Assembly: GCA_001275005.1 (NCBI GenBank)
Contig: JWZX01003327.1
Coordinates: 1-46,698, forward strand
Length of the DNA stretch: 46,698 nt
Origin: Chrysochromulina tobinii
Lineage: Eukaryota
Direction: 5' to 3'
Shown here one piece after another: positions 11,210 through 22,772 of this stretch; position 1 is the first letter of the stretch, and every line of letters starts with the position of its first letter. Made by a program: the position numbers and the translations under genes. The notes under the pieces were generated by a model. It was not told the DNA's origin. It worked only from the letters and a program-made list of their open reading frames with translations, and did not search any database.

Positions 11210-11911
11210 ATGGCCTCATGGTCGATGAGGGCCAGGGTCCAGGACTGGTGTAGCTACGTTCTTTTGACTTTTCGCCCCCGTGCTGTGTGAGTTCAAAACT
11301 TAAACGTAACGGTTTGCGGTCACTTACCTCTTACGGAGGTAAGTTGTGTAACGAGCCTTTACTCGGATCATTACAGTTAAAACTGTTTTGACGTGGCCAG
11401 TGCCCCGCCGTCTGTGCCTCGGACGGCGGGTCCTCGGTCCGGGGTGCTCCCGTGTGAGGCGAGGAGAGGCGAGGCAGCTCGAGCTCCGACGCGGCTGCCT
11501 CGGAGCATGCTGCAGGCGTGCCGCACCGGGGGCCACCGCCCACCGCGACAAACCGCGACGCCCAGCATCGCATGTCTCAAGTGTTTAGGTGTTTAAAGCT
11601 GCAGGTTAGCGAAGACATGCCCCCCGGCGCCACGTGTGAGGCGCGGTCCGGCGCGGTGCCGCGGCACGTGTTGTCCGGCCCGGTGCGACGCCGTAACCGA
11701 GGCTATTCTCGGACTGTATAAGCTCCACGGTCTATGTTAGTCAGGGATTGAATAGGGATTGAATACTTATAATGCTCGCCATGTACGACTACCATTAAGA
11801 GATTCACATGTACTATACGCGATTCGTCCCACCATAACACGCCAACACATTCACAGTGCCAACGAACAGTAGCAATGGGGCCGTCCATGTTCGATCGGCC
11901 TGGCCTCACGG

Positions 11912-13309
11912 TCATCCCCGGGCCGTTCTCCACTTGATGAGAGGGACATTTCGCCTTGATCCCCGGTCGCGCTTCCAGCCGCTTCCGCCCTGGGATGGCG
12001 CGAACACCGGCGGTGATCTCGCTGAAGGGCTGCTATAGCTGCAGTTCGCATCACTCCTGAGGCTGCTTCCATCGTGATCGAGGAAGCGAGTGCCCTGATG
12101 GTCATAAGGCGTTACAGCAATTGCATGGACGCGTATGAGCGAATAGAGGCGTTCCGTGAACGGACGGTACAGCTGCACGAGCTCATCTCGATAGCGAGGC
12201 AACAGATGGCCATGGCCGCACGCCTTCGAGTTCTGCTTGCCTTTGCCTCGCACTCGAGCAACGGCCTCAACGGTGATGGCCGAAGGCATGCCTGCGTGGC
12301 GTAGCACATCTCTGAGCACGACGGCGGGGCGGCGCGCGTAGCCAGCAAAGGAGACGAGCAGGAACTGCGACGGCTCAAAGTATGTGAGCCACCGACGCAT
12401 CTGGGGCTCATACAGGCCGTGGTCGAGGTGCGGAGCGCAGTTGGCAAAGGGCGGCGGCAACGAGGGCGGCCACAATGGAGTGGACGGGTCAAGGCTCTGA
12501 CACTCCCGCACGCGAGCGAGCTTGGGCTCCAAAAAGGTGCCGAAGTCCATGGATGACATCACGCCTTCGTACGACTTGAGCTCCCAGAAGTAGGACCAGA
12601 ACTTGTCGACGGGGTCACGCATCATCCACACGAAGCGGAGGTGTCTCGAAGGTGCCACGCCAAAGTAAGTCACCACGTTCTTCGGCGCGTCGTGCCACAC
12701 ATGATATGCAGGTGTGGCATCGATTGTGATCGATGGCGGTAAAGTCCGGAGAGGGCACCTTGGCCAGATCCTATCATAAAAGTGCTGACCTCTACGCCAC
12801 ATTTTGGGGTCACCGAAGAAATCCTTCTCCTTGCGAGAGATGTCGCCCTTGTCCGTGAGCTCACCCGGTATGATGGCGCCGCCCGTTGCATCTACGAGAT
12901 GCGACCACAACGATGTCGTGCCTGCCTTGATGCTGCCGATGATGAAGAGGGACGGCAGCAATCTATTCCAGTGTGATAGCGACCCTACCGGGCTTCGACC
13001 TTGAGCGATCCCACAAAAGTGTTGAAAGGGCTCGACGGGACTCGCTGTCTTGAAGACGCTCATGCTGCTGCTATTCTTGAGGTGTGGACCAAGTGTTGCG
13101 AACTTTTTGAGCAACAGGTTCCAGCGTTCATGGTCCGTCTCTGCATCCAAAGCGGCAACGCGAACCTTCATTTCGGCTAAGTCGGCCGAGCGTTGCAAGC
13201 TCTTGCAGAACGCCTTTATGTCCAGCCCGTCGAGGACTCGTTGGGCCTCGTCGGAGCCGCTCACGAGTGCTTCCTTGCTCACGACCTCATCAGCACAGGC
13301 CATCGGCAT
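11912..13309 (-). CDS. PAPS-dependent sulfotransferase (heparan-sulfate sulfotransferase-like domain)
   Basis: 5'-PSB loop FIIGSIKAGTTSLW, KEKDFF, DATPAY, 3'-PB motif MRDPVDKFWS and GLYEPQMRRW. The start codon is uncertain. Confidence 0.85.
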   Translation of the reverse strand: MPMACADEVVSKEALVSGSDEAQRVLDGLDIKAFCKSLQRSADLAEMKVRVAALDAETDHERWNLLLKKFATLGPHLKNSSSMSVFKTASPVEPFQHFCGIAQGRSPVGSLSHWNRLLPSLFIIGSIKAGTTSLWSHLVDATGGAIIPGELTDKGDISRKEKDFFGDPKMWRRGQHFYDRIWPRCPLRTLPPSITIDATPAYHVWHDAPKNVVTYFGVAPSRHLRFVWMMRDPVDKFWSYFWELKSYEGVMSSMDFGTFLEPKLARVRECQSLDPSTPLWPPSLPPPFANCAPHLDHGLYEPQMRRWLTYFEPSQFLLVSFAGYARRPAVVLRDVLRHAGMPSAITVEAVARVRGKGKQNSKACGHGHLLPRYRDELVQLYRPFTERLYSLIRVHAIAVTPYDHQGTRFLDHDGSSLRSDANCSYSSPSARSPPVFAPSQGGSGWKRDRGSRRNVPLIKWRTARG

Positions 13310-14336
13310 CGGCCGAGGCTGCACGTGCTGTGCAGCTCCCAAAGAGACGCCGTTTGTGCGGAAATCCTCTGTGATCAAGTAGGAAATTGATTGCTCTTCC
13401 TAAAAAAGGTGTGGCGCTGGTAACCTCAAGTTTGGATAATTAATCACCCATTCACCATTCTCCAATCGTTGGAAGCCGGGAGATCACTATCTATCGAACG
13501 AGTTTTGGTGCAGTTGGAAAGAGGGAAGTTGGAACGACAGTTGGAAGTCAGGGGGACCGCAGTGGGCTGGCGCTGGGTCTTGCGTCTTGCGTCTTGGAAC
13601 GGTCAAAGAGTTGGAAAACAAAGAGTTAGAATGATGTGTAGATGTGACAGTTGATGTGAGCAAGTCAGGGTTGAGCAAAATACCCGGACTGAGCAACTCC
13701 GGTTGGCGTGAGCAAATGTGCCCCCGCGTGCAAGTGTGCGATTCACACGTGTCGACCGCTCTCCCCGCTGCTTATCCGCTGCTGTGCCAATCTCACTTAG
13801 TCTCACCACCCAGCACCGGGCGGCCATCGGCATTCTTCGCGCATTGCTTCCCTTAATGCTTCCCAGTGAGCACGGAGCAGTGTGGGTGTGCCGACCCCTG
13901 AGCCCTGTTCCCCGGAGAATCGGCCGGACTTAACGCATACCGGCCGACCCGGGGACGGTCACCGTTTGCCGCACCGTGTGGTGTTCGATGCGCCCGCCAC
14001 AGATGGTCTTCGCTTAAACTGGTCAAGAAACTGGGTCTGGCAAATTGCGTGGCCGCGGAAGCAATTACATGTATGCAGGCTCAACATCGAGCTCAACAAT
14101 TTAATATTAACATGAGGGACCCACTGTCGGGTACGGCCACGGTACCGCCGGTCTTGAGAGTTGAGACTCTAGACGCCGCTCCGCGTCCGGTCCGACGCCG
14201 ACCGCCGACCGCCGACCGCCGGTCTTGAGAGTTGAGACGCACCGCCCGCGCGCCGCGCCCGGCCGCGGTTTAAACGGCCGCGCGGCGGTTGCCGCGGGTG
14301 GTGCGCGGCGCGTACTCTCTCGTTCGTACCACGTTC

Positions 14337-15440
14337 TCACAGTGTGGGGCATGATTCGTCAACCTTCCACTGGGGATGGAAGCCCGTGGCCAGCCGAATC
14401 GCAGCGTATTCCGGCGTGAAGGCGCCCTGCTCGGTGCGCATGACCAAATCGGGCTCGTTCCACGTGGGAGGGATGGGCCGTGGCAGGTCACTCGTGCGCT
14501 GAAGCGCAAAGAGCCCAAGCACGGGCTCGTGCGACGGTTTTGAGCGGATCCGGCGCATCCGTACGACGGTCATACCGAACTGGCTGGCCGCGACCTCGAT
14601 GACACCTCGTGTGCCAAAGAGGGCGGAGAGCGAGCTCGAGCCCTCTCTGATGGGGCCGTTGTCAAGATCCAGGCCCCGCTGCCGTCGCCGATCCCTCGCA
14701 GACAGGTCCTCCAATGAGAACACAAGAGCAAACACGCCACCGGGTGCGAGGTGTCGGCTGGCACATGCAACATAGTCAGTGACGGTGCCTCTCGTCTCAA
14801 AGTGGCATTGCATCCGCTGCGGGCTTGCTGCGAACCGCGGTGTGCTTGGGCTGTACGTCCCGCCACTCAGCGGAAAGTACGGCGGGGAGCCGGTGATCAA
14901 ATCAAACTGCTCGTGCACCTTGAGCGGCGCGCTGTCCGTACCCACCTCTCGAAAGTCGCCGAGTCGCTGGTCGAACCTTTCAGAGACACCATTGTAAGCT
15001 ACAGTGCGCTTAGAGAGCTGCCATGAGGGTTCTTGCGCTTCCACGGTCACAACCTTCGCTCCACGAAGCCGCCACGCCGTCACCAGTGCGACTGAACCTA
15101 TTCCTGAACCGAGATCGAGGTACGTCTCGCATGATGCGCACCACTGGCTACCGTACCAGGCGACGAGTACATCGTCCGCATTGTAGCGGTACCCGGATGC
15201 GAGCTGAAAGATCCGCCAGCAGCCGCAGATTGCGTCTAGCGTCTCGCCCTCACGAGCTGTCAGGTTCACCGCAGGGGCCGGGAGAGGGCCTGGCTTGGTG
15301 TAACCCTTCCAGGCGCGCGCTCCGCTCACGGCAGCTGAACTCATGCGAGGCCAGGTACGCGGACGCCTCGAATAGGATGCATGGGAGGCGGCTCCCATGC
15401 TTGTAGTTGCGAGCAGCATCAGGATGTTCATGTTACCCAT
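14337..15440 (-). CDS. SAM-dependent N6-amino methyltransferase, TrmN6/YfiC-like
   Basis: Motif I YLDLGSGIGSV, motif IV FDLITGSPPYF, HFETRG and LAPGGVF. The short hydrophobic N-terminus may be a targeting peptide. Confidence 0.8.
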   Translation of the reverse strand: MGNMNILMLLATTSMGAASHASYSRRPRTWPRMSSAAVSGARAWKGYTKPGPLPAPAVNLTAREGETLDAICGCWRIFQLASGYRYNADDVLVAWYGSQWCASCETYLDLGSGIGSVALVTAWRLRGAKVVTVEAQEPSWQLSKRTVAYNGVSERFDQRLGDFREVGTDSAPLKVHEQFDLITGSPPYFPLSGGTYSPSTPRFAASPQRMQCHFETRGTVTDYVACASRHLAPGGVFALVFSLEDLSARDRRRQRGLDLDNGPIREGSSSLSALFGTRGVIEVAASQFGMTVVRMRRIRSKPSHEPVLGLFALQRTSDLPRPIPPTWNEPDLVMRTEQGAFTPEYAAIRLATGFHPQWKVDESCPTL

Positions 15441-16210
15441 GAAAGGAAAGGTTCCGTTACAATCTCGTGTGCCACTGTGAAGTGTGAACACAGTCCGAGA
15501 GCAGGTCTGTGCGGGTCTGAGCAGGTCTGAGAGCCTCAACTCAACTGGACCGTTATCAATTAGGCCTTACGCCTTAGATTGTTAGATACGTGATGCGGAC
15601 GGTGACATGCGGCCCGACGAAGGGGGGTTCTCCGTCTGCCTCTCACATTGTGGTCACGCGTACTGTACTCACAATCCAATCGAAAGCGGGGCTGATAGAG
15701 ATGCGGCCGCCGCAGCAGCATCGATGCGCCTTGTCCCCAGGCGCATTCAGTACTCTCAGTGCTCATTCATCCACGCACACGTTCCACAACACGGAGGGCC
15801 TCTGAGTGAGGTGAGGGGAAACGGCGCCGTGGTGAACACCTGCAGCTCTTCGATCCACGTTCCACAGCACTTGAGGACCGCGCGCGTCATAGCACGCGGC
15901 TCTTCCACAGGACGGCCGAGAACGCACGCCGTACTGGGCGGCGTTGAGAGCACGCGCCGCGGCGGCACCGGAGAGAGCCGAGGGTCAGGAGGGAGGCGCC
16001 ATACTGGGCGGCTGCATGCAAGTGCTCACCACGGCGGCACTGGAGAGAGCCGAGGGGAGGGAGAGCAAAGACCAGCCGTCGGGGCGGCTGCATGCAAGTG
16101 CTCACCACGGGGCCATCTCCTCCGTCGGTCGGGGGAAGCAGCCGCGGTCGGGCCGCTGCGTCATCTCGTCGCCGCGCCTTAGGCCACATGCGCCGCAGCA
16201 CGGGCGCGCC

Positions 16211-16290
16211 GTCATTGCGCCTCGGGTTCCGTCATTGCGCCTCGGGTTCCGTCATTGCGCCTCGGGCTCCGTCATTGCGCCTCGGGCTCC
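16211..16290. repeat. 4 x 20-bp tandem repeat of the GSK3 gene's last codons plus stop
   Basis: gtcattgcgcctcggg(t/c)tcc x4. On the minus strand each unit encodes EPEAQ*. Confidence 0.95.
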
Positions 16291-18427
16291 GGGTCCGCGT
16301 GCGCATCCTCTTTGCTCCCGTCTGCCAGCCGACTGCGCCGCCGCCCACTCGCCGAAGCCACGCGCGCCGCGCCGGGCGTGGTGGGCGACAGGCCGATTGG
16401 TGGTACCGTACCCAGATTGTCGGTTTGCAGCTGCAAGCCGCCGAGGGGGGGCTTGCGCACGGCGGGCGAGGGGCCGCTCGCAGGCATCTGGTCGAGCGTG
16501 CCTTGACGGGTTGGCATTGGTGGCGCGCGCCGCCCGAACGAAGCTGCGTGAGCTCGACTGCTCTCAGACTCTTCGCCCTGCTCTCGCGACTCTTCGGAGT
16601 TGGCACCGCCGCCCCCCGCGCCGCCGCGCGGCTGCGCGTGCAGCGCCTCGATCTGCCGCTGCGCCGCCTTCAGGCGCGCAGCGAGAGCTTCCTTCTCGGC
16701 GAGCGCTTCATTGAGTTGTCGCTGTGCCTCCTTAAGATCGGCGAGCTGCTGCTGCGCCATGCGCGCCGCCCCCGAGGCGCCGCTGGCCGAGGCCGAGGCG
16801 GCGGCGGCCGCGCCGCTGCCCGCGCCGCCGTCGGCGGCGCTGCTGCTCGCCCCTTCACAGGGAAGCTGGCGCCGCTGCGCCTCATGCGCTATCCGCTGCT
16901 GCAGCACCCTGATCGTCTCGTCACGCTGCCTCAGGGCCGCCGCGAGATCTTGCCTGACCGACGTGACGACGGCAGTGGAGGTGGCGTCGGAGAGACTATC
17001 GCTCCGGAGAGTGTGCTCCACGTGGCGAAGCACCGTCTCCGACAGCTGCGCCGGCATACCGCCGCGCACCTCGTCAAAGTGCGCTCCCACCTGATGAGGG
17101 AGGCAATCAAAGCTCATCAGGGCTGATGAGGTAGGCAATCAAAGCTCGTCAAAGTGCGCTCCCACCCGTCGCTCCCATTCCGCGGCGGTGATGGTCTGCC
17201 GAGAGCCCTCAATCGCACTCGGCTGTGGCGGCGGCATCGGGGTGGAGCTCGTCGAGGGTACGGTGCATCCCTCGACGAGGGACTCGACGCCGTCGAAGAA
17301 GGCATGCCTCAGCGCCATCGAGGCCGTCAGCCGCTTCTCCGGATCGTAGTTGAGCAGCCGCTGGGCAAGGTCGATGGCGGCCTCGGGTGTCTGTGCTGGG
17401 AACATTCGCTCCCATGGGTACGCCTTCAGTTTTGGCAGGTCGTCGGCGCAGCAGGTGGCGCGCATGGCCTGAAGGTCGTGGTCGGTGGGCGTGCCCAGAA
17501 GCTTCATGATCTCCACCAGGTGCTGCTGAGTCGAGTCCTGCCCCTGGTAGGGCAAGTGGCCGAGGAGCAGCTCCATCAGGATCGTTCCGACCGACCACAC
17601 GTCCACGGACACCGAGTACTCGGTCGCGCCGAACATGAGCTCGGGCGCGCGGTAGTAGCGCGAGCAAATGTACGAGACGTTGGGCTGCCCCTTCACGAGT
17701 ACCTTGGAGCACCCAAAGTCGCACAACCGGCACTTGAGGCTTGCCGGGTCGCACAGCAAATTGTCGGGCTTGATATCTCGATGGCAGATGCGGCGCGCGT
17801 GGATGTACTCGAGCGCCCCAAAGGTTTGCCACAGGTAGGCCTTGATGTGATCGGGGTGGAAGCGCTTGGCGCGCTTGTGGTACTTGAGCGCGATCGAGCG
17901 GATCGTCTCGGGCAGGTAGTCCATCACGAGGTGTAGAAAGGTCTCATCCTTCTTGCGTCCGTTCTTCTCGAAGGAGTGGCGCAGCCGGACGACGTTGTCG
18001 TGCTCCATGACCTTCATCATCTGCAGCTCGCGGTTGTGGTAGCGACGGTCGAGCAGCACCTTTTTTATGGCGACGATCTCGCCGTCCTCGGTGCGCGCGC
18101 GCCACACGATGCCAAAGGCTCCGTGGCCGACGACCTTCTCCAATTGGTAACGGTGGCCGCCGCCGTCCCAGACGGTGCCCTCCTCGACGCCCTCCATGAG
18201 ATCCGCGACCTGCGCGCAGGTGCGAGCGGACAGTCAGGCGTGTGATCGACGTCAGCGCGCCCGGCTGGCCAGGTCACGCTGCGCATGCTCTGCTGTGATG
18301 AGGAGAGAGGCGGTTTGGAGGTGCGCGATGGGAAGGCTTAACGAAGCCAAGAGCTCGCTGCGAGGAGCTGCGTGCGGTCCGGAAGCGGGTGCTGGGGGTG
18401 GCAGTGGCTCACATGGTCCGTGCTCAT
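16272..18427 (-). CDS. GSK3: GSK3/shaggy-like kinase with long C-terminal coiled-coil extension; exons 18427-18413, 18209-17166, 17090-16272
   Basis: GHGAFG, VAIKK, HRDIKP, DFG and the GSK3 activation loop GQPNVSYICSRYYRAPEL. Two phase-0 GT-AG introns give a 625-aa frame. Confidence 0.9.
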
Positions 18428-18652
18428 CGCTCCTTGCGCGTCCTCCTCCTAGCTCAGTAGTAGAGTAAGTTCGGCGCACGGCGTCGCGAAGAAAGCGCAG
18501 CGAACGCAGAGGGAAAAACTTCTGCGGTTCGGAAATCGAATTTTCAAATCTTCAAACCTGGAGACTCTCGTGGGCATCGACGGAAAGTGCCCAGGCCGGC
18601 GCAAATTCGCGAAAAGTGAAGAACAAGAAAGGCGCAACACAGGCGGCACAGG

Positions 18653-19260
18653 ATGCCGCTCGCGTCGCTTCTGCCTTTGGGCATCATCATGGGCGCCATC
18701 GGCGTGTGTGGCACGCTGCTGTCGGTGATCCCGTACGCGACGCGCGGCGAGGTACGTGCCCGCACCCACGCTAGTTCACAGGCCAGGAGAGGCCACGCAC
18801 ACGCAGAGGCGGCGATCAGAGGAGTGCGCAGGCAGCGCTGCGGCCGGCACAGCCGACACGTTCCGTGTTGCGGCTCTCGCACCTCCTGGCACTGTCAGCG
18901 CCTCCGCAGCCTTTTGAATTGGCAAGATCGGCAGGACCGGCAGCTATGGCAGCCATGGAAGTCATGGCATGGCTGCGGCGCAGGCGGCAGCAGGTCAGCA
19001 GCAAACAGCAGCAAACAGCAGCAGTAACCTCCTGCTGAGCTCGAGGGCGCGGCTGCATGTGGAACGAGGATGCAAGAGCACAGGCCCAGGGCTGCCACTC
19101 AGTCACCAGCTCCTGCGCCGCGCGCGTCCCTCCGGTGCTGACCGTGAGCCACCTGTCCCCCTCTGCGTGCTTCGCGCAGCGCAAGCGTGTCATCAAGGAT
19201 CGATGGGTGGAGGCCATGTACGACCGAGACGCTTTGATCAAGATGCAGTTCGGGAAATGA
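18653..19260 (+). CDS. NDUFA1: Complex I accessory subunit NDUFA1 (MWFE)-like; exons 18653-18751, 19180-19260
   Basis: The spliced 59-aa product MPLASLLPLGIIMGAIGVCG...GE|RKRVIKDRWVEAMYDRD matches the MWFE pattern (TM helix, then KR...D.W...M..RD). GT-AG intron 18752-19179. Confidence 0.8.
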
Positions 19261-19968
19261 CGGCGGCATCGCCAACTCATGTACAGTCTGTCACGGCGCG
19301 GCGGGCGTTTTTCCGCACCGATCTCCTGGCTCTCCACACACTCTGACGCTCTCGCATTGAAATGCAGCGGCTGTGTCATGCTGCAGGTGTCATGTGAGCC
19401 ACCTAGCGAGCCTGCAGTGGCCTCCATGTCATTTGGATACTATTATCCGATAAGTCTTTTTAAACAGGTTTGGCTCAATGTATGGAACGCGTCGGCACAC
19501 GCGCAAAACACGCGGCGAACTCTCGATCTCCGTAGACTCGTACCGCTCTCCCGACGTCGCTGGTCGCTCCCGCTCGGCGCATCGACGTCCCTCCGTCACA
19601 CACTCTCACTACTCGACATCGTACATCGAGCGGAACAAGCTGTTAAAATAAAGCGTTCTTGGTCATTGCGGAAACCGAAACCGACGCCGCGCCGAGTGCG
19701 CTACCCCGTACCGCCGAGTCGACGCGATTCGCAGAGTCTCGACCTCGACGGATCCGCGTCCGATCGGAGAGGTGGCAGGTGTTCGAGAGATGGGATCGGA
19801 TCACGGTGGGACGGCCGGAGGGGTACTAGAGCGAAGTTGAAGCTTAATATTACGTAACTAAAGCCGAGCTTGCGGCTCGACTCATAATCCAGCTGTAAAC
19901 ACAATTCAGCTGCAATGTGCATTCACAGTACTTGTAAAAGCTCCTACGCAGCCGACTCGCGAAAAACC

Positions 19969-22227
19969 ATGTCGAGTTTGGCATCTTCAGGTAACCTTAC
20001 CCACGAGCGCCACGTTGACAGGGCCGTGACGGGCTCAAACATCAAGGGCAAAGAGGGTATTGTGATGTGGACGCCTCTCGGCATCCACATGGACGCGTAC
20101 TTGGATAAGGCGTTCCAACCGCACTTGACGATGTACGGTGTGGACTTCTCCGACCCAGGAAGGCGCTCTGATAAGATACCGCGCAAGCAGCGGCATGGCC
20201 GAAAGGCGCTCGGGCCGGAGCAGCAACTCGGCTCACAGGTCGCGGACCTCGTCTTTGGAACGGGCCCTATGCAGCGCGATGGGCAACGGCTGGAGCACAA
20301 TGTGCGGCCACCTTGGACTCCGGCCTCCATCCCCGGCTTCATGGGAATCAATTCGGCTTTCACGTCCGAGGTCGCCGCGGGCATGGCGATGCCACCGGAC
20401 GAGAAGGCCGACTTCCTCGTCGACTCAAGCAGCGGAGCACGCTGCTACGTGCACCGCAGCACCTCTGCGCCGCCACGGTCGTCGGCATGGGGGCGGTCTC
20501 ATGGCTTCCGAGACGACGTGATCGTCATCTCGCCGTCCGAGGATTGTGCGCGTGCGGAGCGGCGCGCGCTCGTGCCCGACGGGCACCGGCGCTCGGACCA
20601 CAACTTTTCGGGAGGCAGCATGCTCACCTCATCCGACGCCGACGTGGCCGGCTACGTTGAAGGGGCCCACCGAACGCTGCCACGCGACAACTTGCAAGTC
20701 GGCAGCTGCGCAGTCGACCCAGCGAGTGCGTCGCGCAGCCACGATCGAGGCGTGCGCATGCGCCGGCCCACGCAGCGGCACGTGAGTGAGGCCCACTTTC
20801 TGGGCTCCGAGCTGGACGACAGATCGCTCAGCAGCCCTCGGGCGCGTGTGCGCGCGAGCGATGAGGCTGAGCGCGCTGCTGCCCTCAAGCCGCACGGCAC
20901 GCACACACGGGACCTAGCTTCCCACTTCACGTCGGCGCCGTCGGTGTACGCTCAGCACGGCGCTCCAAAGCTCGACGTTGAGATCGACGATGGCGTGAGC
21001 CACGGTCGGGTGGACGTGATGCGCCGTCTTGGGCGCATCCACGGCGATCGGGTCGATGGCGACCGAGGGCACGCTCGGGACGGCGCTTGGGACGGCGCTC
21101 GGGACGGCGCTCGGGACGGCGCTCGGGGTGGCGGCGCTCGGGTCGGCGCTCCTCCGCGGGAATCAGAGCCGCCGTCGCCCGAGGCGCGTCGGGGCGTCGT
21201 CCCGGGCGCCGCGGCGATGAGCCGGAGAGCGCCGTCCCGAGCGGGTCTAGCATCGCCGCTGCTCGCGCGTCGCTCAGCGTTGGAGGGCCATCCCCTCCAC
21301 TACTTCTCCGAGCGGCTCCACTTCGCCGACGACCACGCCCACGACGGCGCGGCGCGCGAGGGGGCGGCGGGCGCCGTCGTGGGCGCAAGGCATGCAAGGC
21401 ATGTAAGCGCCCTTCGGCCCTCGGTTTGGGGCGTCGGCTCGCACGACGTGAGCACACACGGGATGCTGCACTACCACGACGAGCCGAACGCTCACGACGG
21501 CGCGAGTCCTCCGGTCGTTCCAATGAGGGGCGAGGCACGCGACACAATCCGAGCGCCTATGGGCGAGGCACGCGACACAATCCGAGCGCCTATGGGCGAG
21601 GCACGCGACACAATCCGAGCGCCTATGGGCGAGGCACGCGACACAATCCGAGCGCCGCGCTCCCTCTCGCCACGCCCAGAGGCCAGACCAAATTTGGATC
21701 GCCCGGAGGCCAGCCCAAATTTGGATCGCCCGGAGGCCAGCCCAAATTTGGATCGCCCGGAGGCTAGGCCTCAACCATGGCACGGCGATCGATCGCCGCG
21801 TGGCGGAGGTGGTGGTAATGGCGACGGCGGCGGCGCTCGAGACGGCGCTCGAGGCGGCGCTCACGGCGGCGCTCTCGGATCGCCACGTGGGCGCATCAGT
21901 ACTAGCGTCAGCGGCGGCAGCGTCTGCAGCAGCCCTCGAAGCAGGAGCAGCAGCAGCAGCCGCCTCACCTACGCGCTCGTCTCGCCGCGCCCGTCACGGC
22001 GCGGTACCTCTGCCGCCGCGCTCGAGGCCCGTGCAGGCCACCTTTTCGGCGGAGGGCTCACGCCGGTCGACGTGAGTGCCCGGCACAGCGCTCACGGATG
22101 GGAAGGGCTCGAGTCGCCACGCAGCTTCCCGCCCACGCCCCGGGGGGAAGGGCTCGTTCACAGTCACACCCCTCGGGAAGGGCTCGAGTCGCCACGCAGT
22201 ACCCCTCGCGCTCATCTCTACGATTGA
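19969..22227 (+). CDS. Hypothetical low-complexity protein with internal tandem repeats
   Basis: Long ORF of about 750 aa with no recognisable domain. Introns within the repeat region cannot be excluded. Confidence 0.5.
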   Translation: MSSLASSGNLTHERHVDRAVTGSNIKGKEGIVMWTPLGIHMDAYLDKAFQPHLTMYGVDFSDPGRRSDKIPRKQRHGRKALGPEQQLGSQVADLVFGTGPMQRDGQRLEHNVRPPWTPASIPGFMGINSAFTSEVAAGMAMPPDEKADFLVDSSSGARCYVHRSTSAPPRSSAWGRSHGFRDDVIVISPSEDCARAERRALVPDGHRRSDHNFSGGSMLTSSDADVAGYVEGAHRTLPRDNLQVGSCAVDPASASRSHDRGVRMRRPTQRHVSEAHFLGSELDDRSLSSPRARVRASDEAERAAALKPHGTHTRDLASHFTSAPSVYAQHGAPKLDVEIDDGVSHGRVDVMRRLGRIHGDRVDGDRGHARDGAWDGARDGARDGARGGGARVGAPPRESEPPSPEARRGVVPGAAAMSRRAPSRAGLASPLLARRSALEGHPLHYFSERLHFADDHAHDGAAREGAAGAVVGARHARHVSALRPSVWGVGSHDVSTHGMLHYHDEPNAHDGASPPVVPMRGEARDTIRAPMGEARDTIRAPMGEARDTIRAPMGEARDTIRAPRSLSPRPEARPNLDRPEASPNLDRPEASPNLDRPEARPQPWHGDRSPRGGGGGNGDGGGARDGARGGAHGGALGSPRGRISTSVSGGSVCSSPRSRSSSSSRLTYALVSPRPSRRGTSAAALEARAGHLFGGGLTPVDVSARHSAHGWEGLESPRSFPPTPRGEGLVHSHTPREGLESPRSTPRAHLYD
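21523..21770 (+). repeat. In-frame minisatellites: 4 x 33 bp (MGEARDTIRAP) and 3 x 27 bp (PNLDRPEAS)
   Basis: Visible directly in DNA and in the translation. Confidence 0.9.
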
Positions 22228-22772
22228 ACGGCGGCTGCTGCGGCGGGGGTGTGACTGTGAACGACGTCGTTGGGACCCGACGTCAGATTGATTCCTCAGA
22301 GCTCAGTGCCCAGACTCGAGACTAATACCACAGACCCGAGACCCTCAGACTTTCAAGATTCAGTACCTGAGTGAGAGTGTGCGGCCACGCAGGTCGCAGC
22401 CACGCGCGACGGGGCGCGAGTCCGTCGGTGTCTGCACCGACGCATCATCGACGGTATACCTGTCATGGACGGTAATAGAACCGTCACGGCGCGTCGACGA
22501 CCCGGCGCGCGGTCCACCGTGTCGCGTGTGGGGGCGACTCGGACAGACAGTCAGACACTCGGACAGCGGAACGAGCGGTGCCGGTGGCGGGCCGATCGAA
22601 CGGAATGAAAAACGTTGACCAGCCGGTTTCGCGAAACCTCCAATACCGGGAATACGGACGGGTTGTTCATCTAAGATTAATCTAAGATCACATCTATTTC
22701 TTAGAACGTTGACGTGACGTCGTGACGGAAAACCCACTACCCTCTGGCTCCCTGGGGGATCTACTCCCGGAT

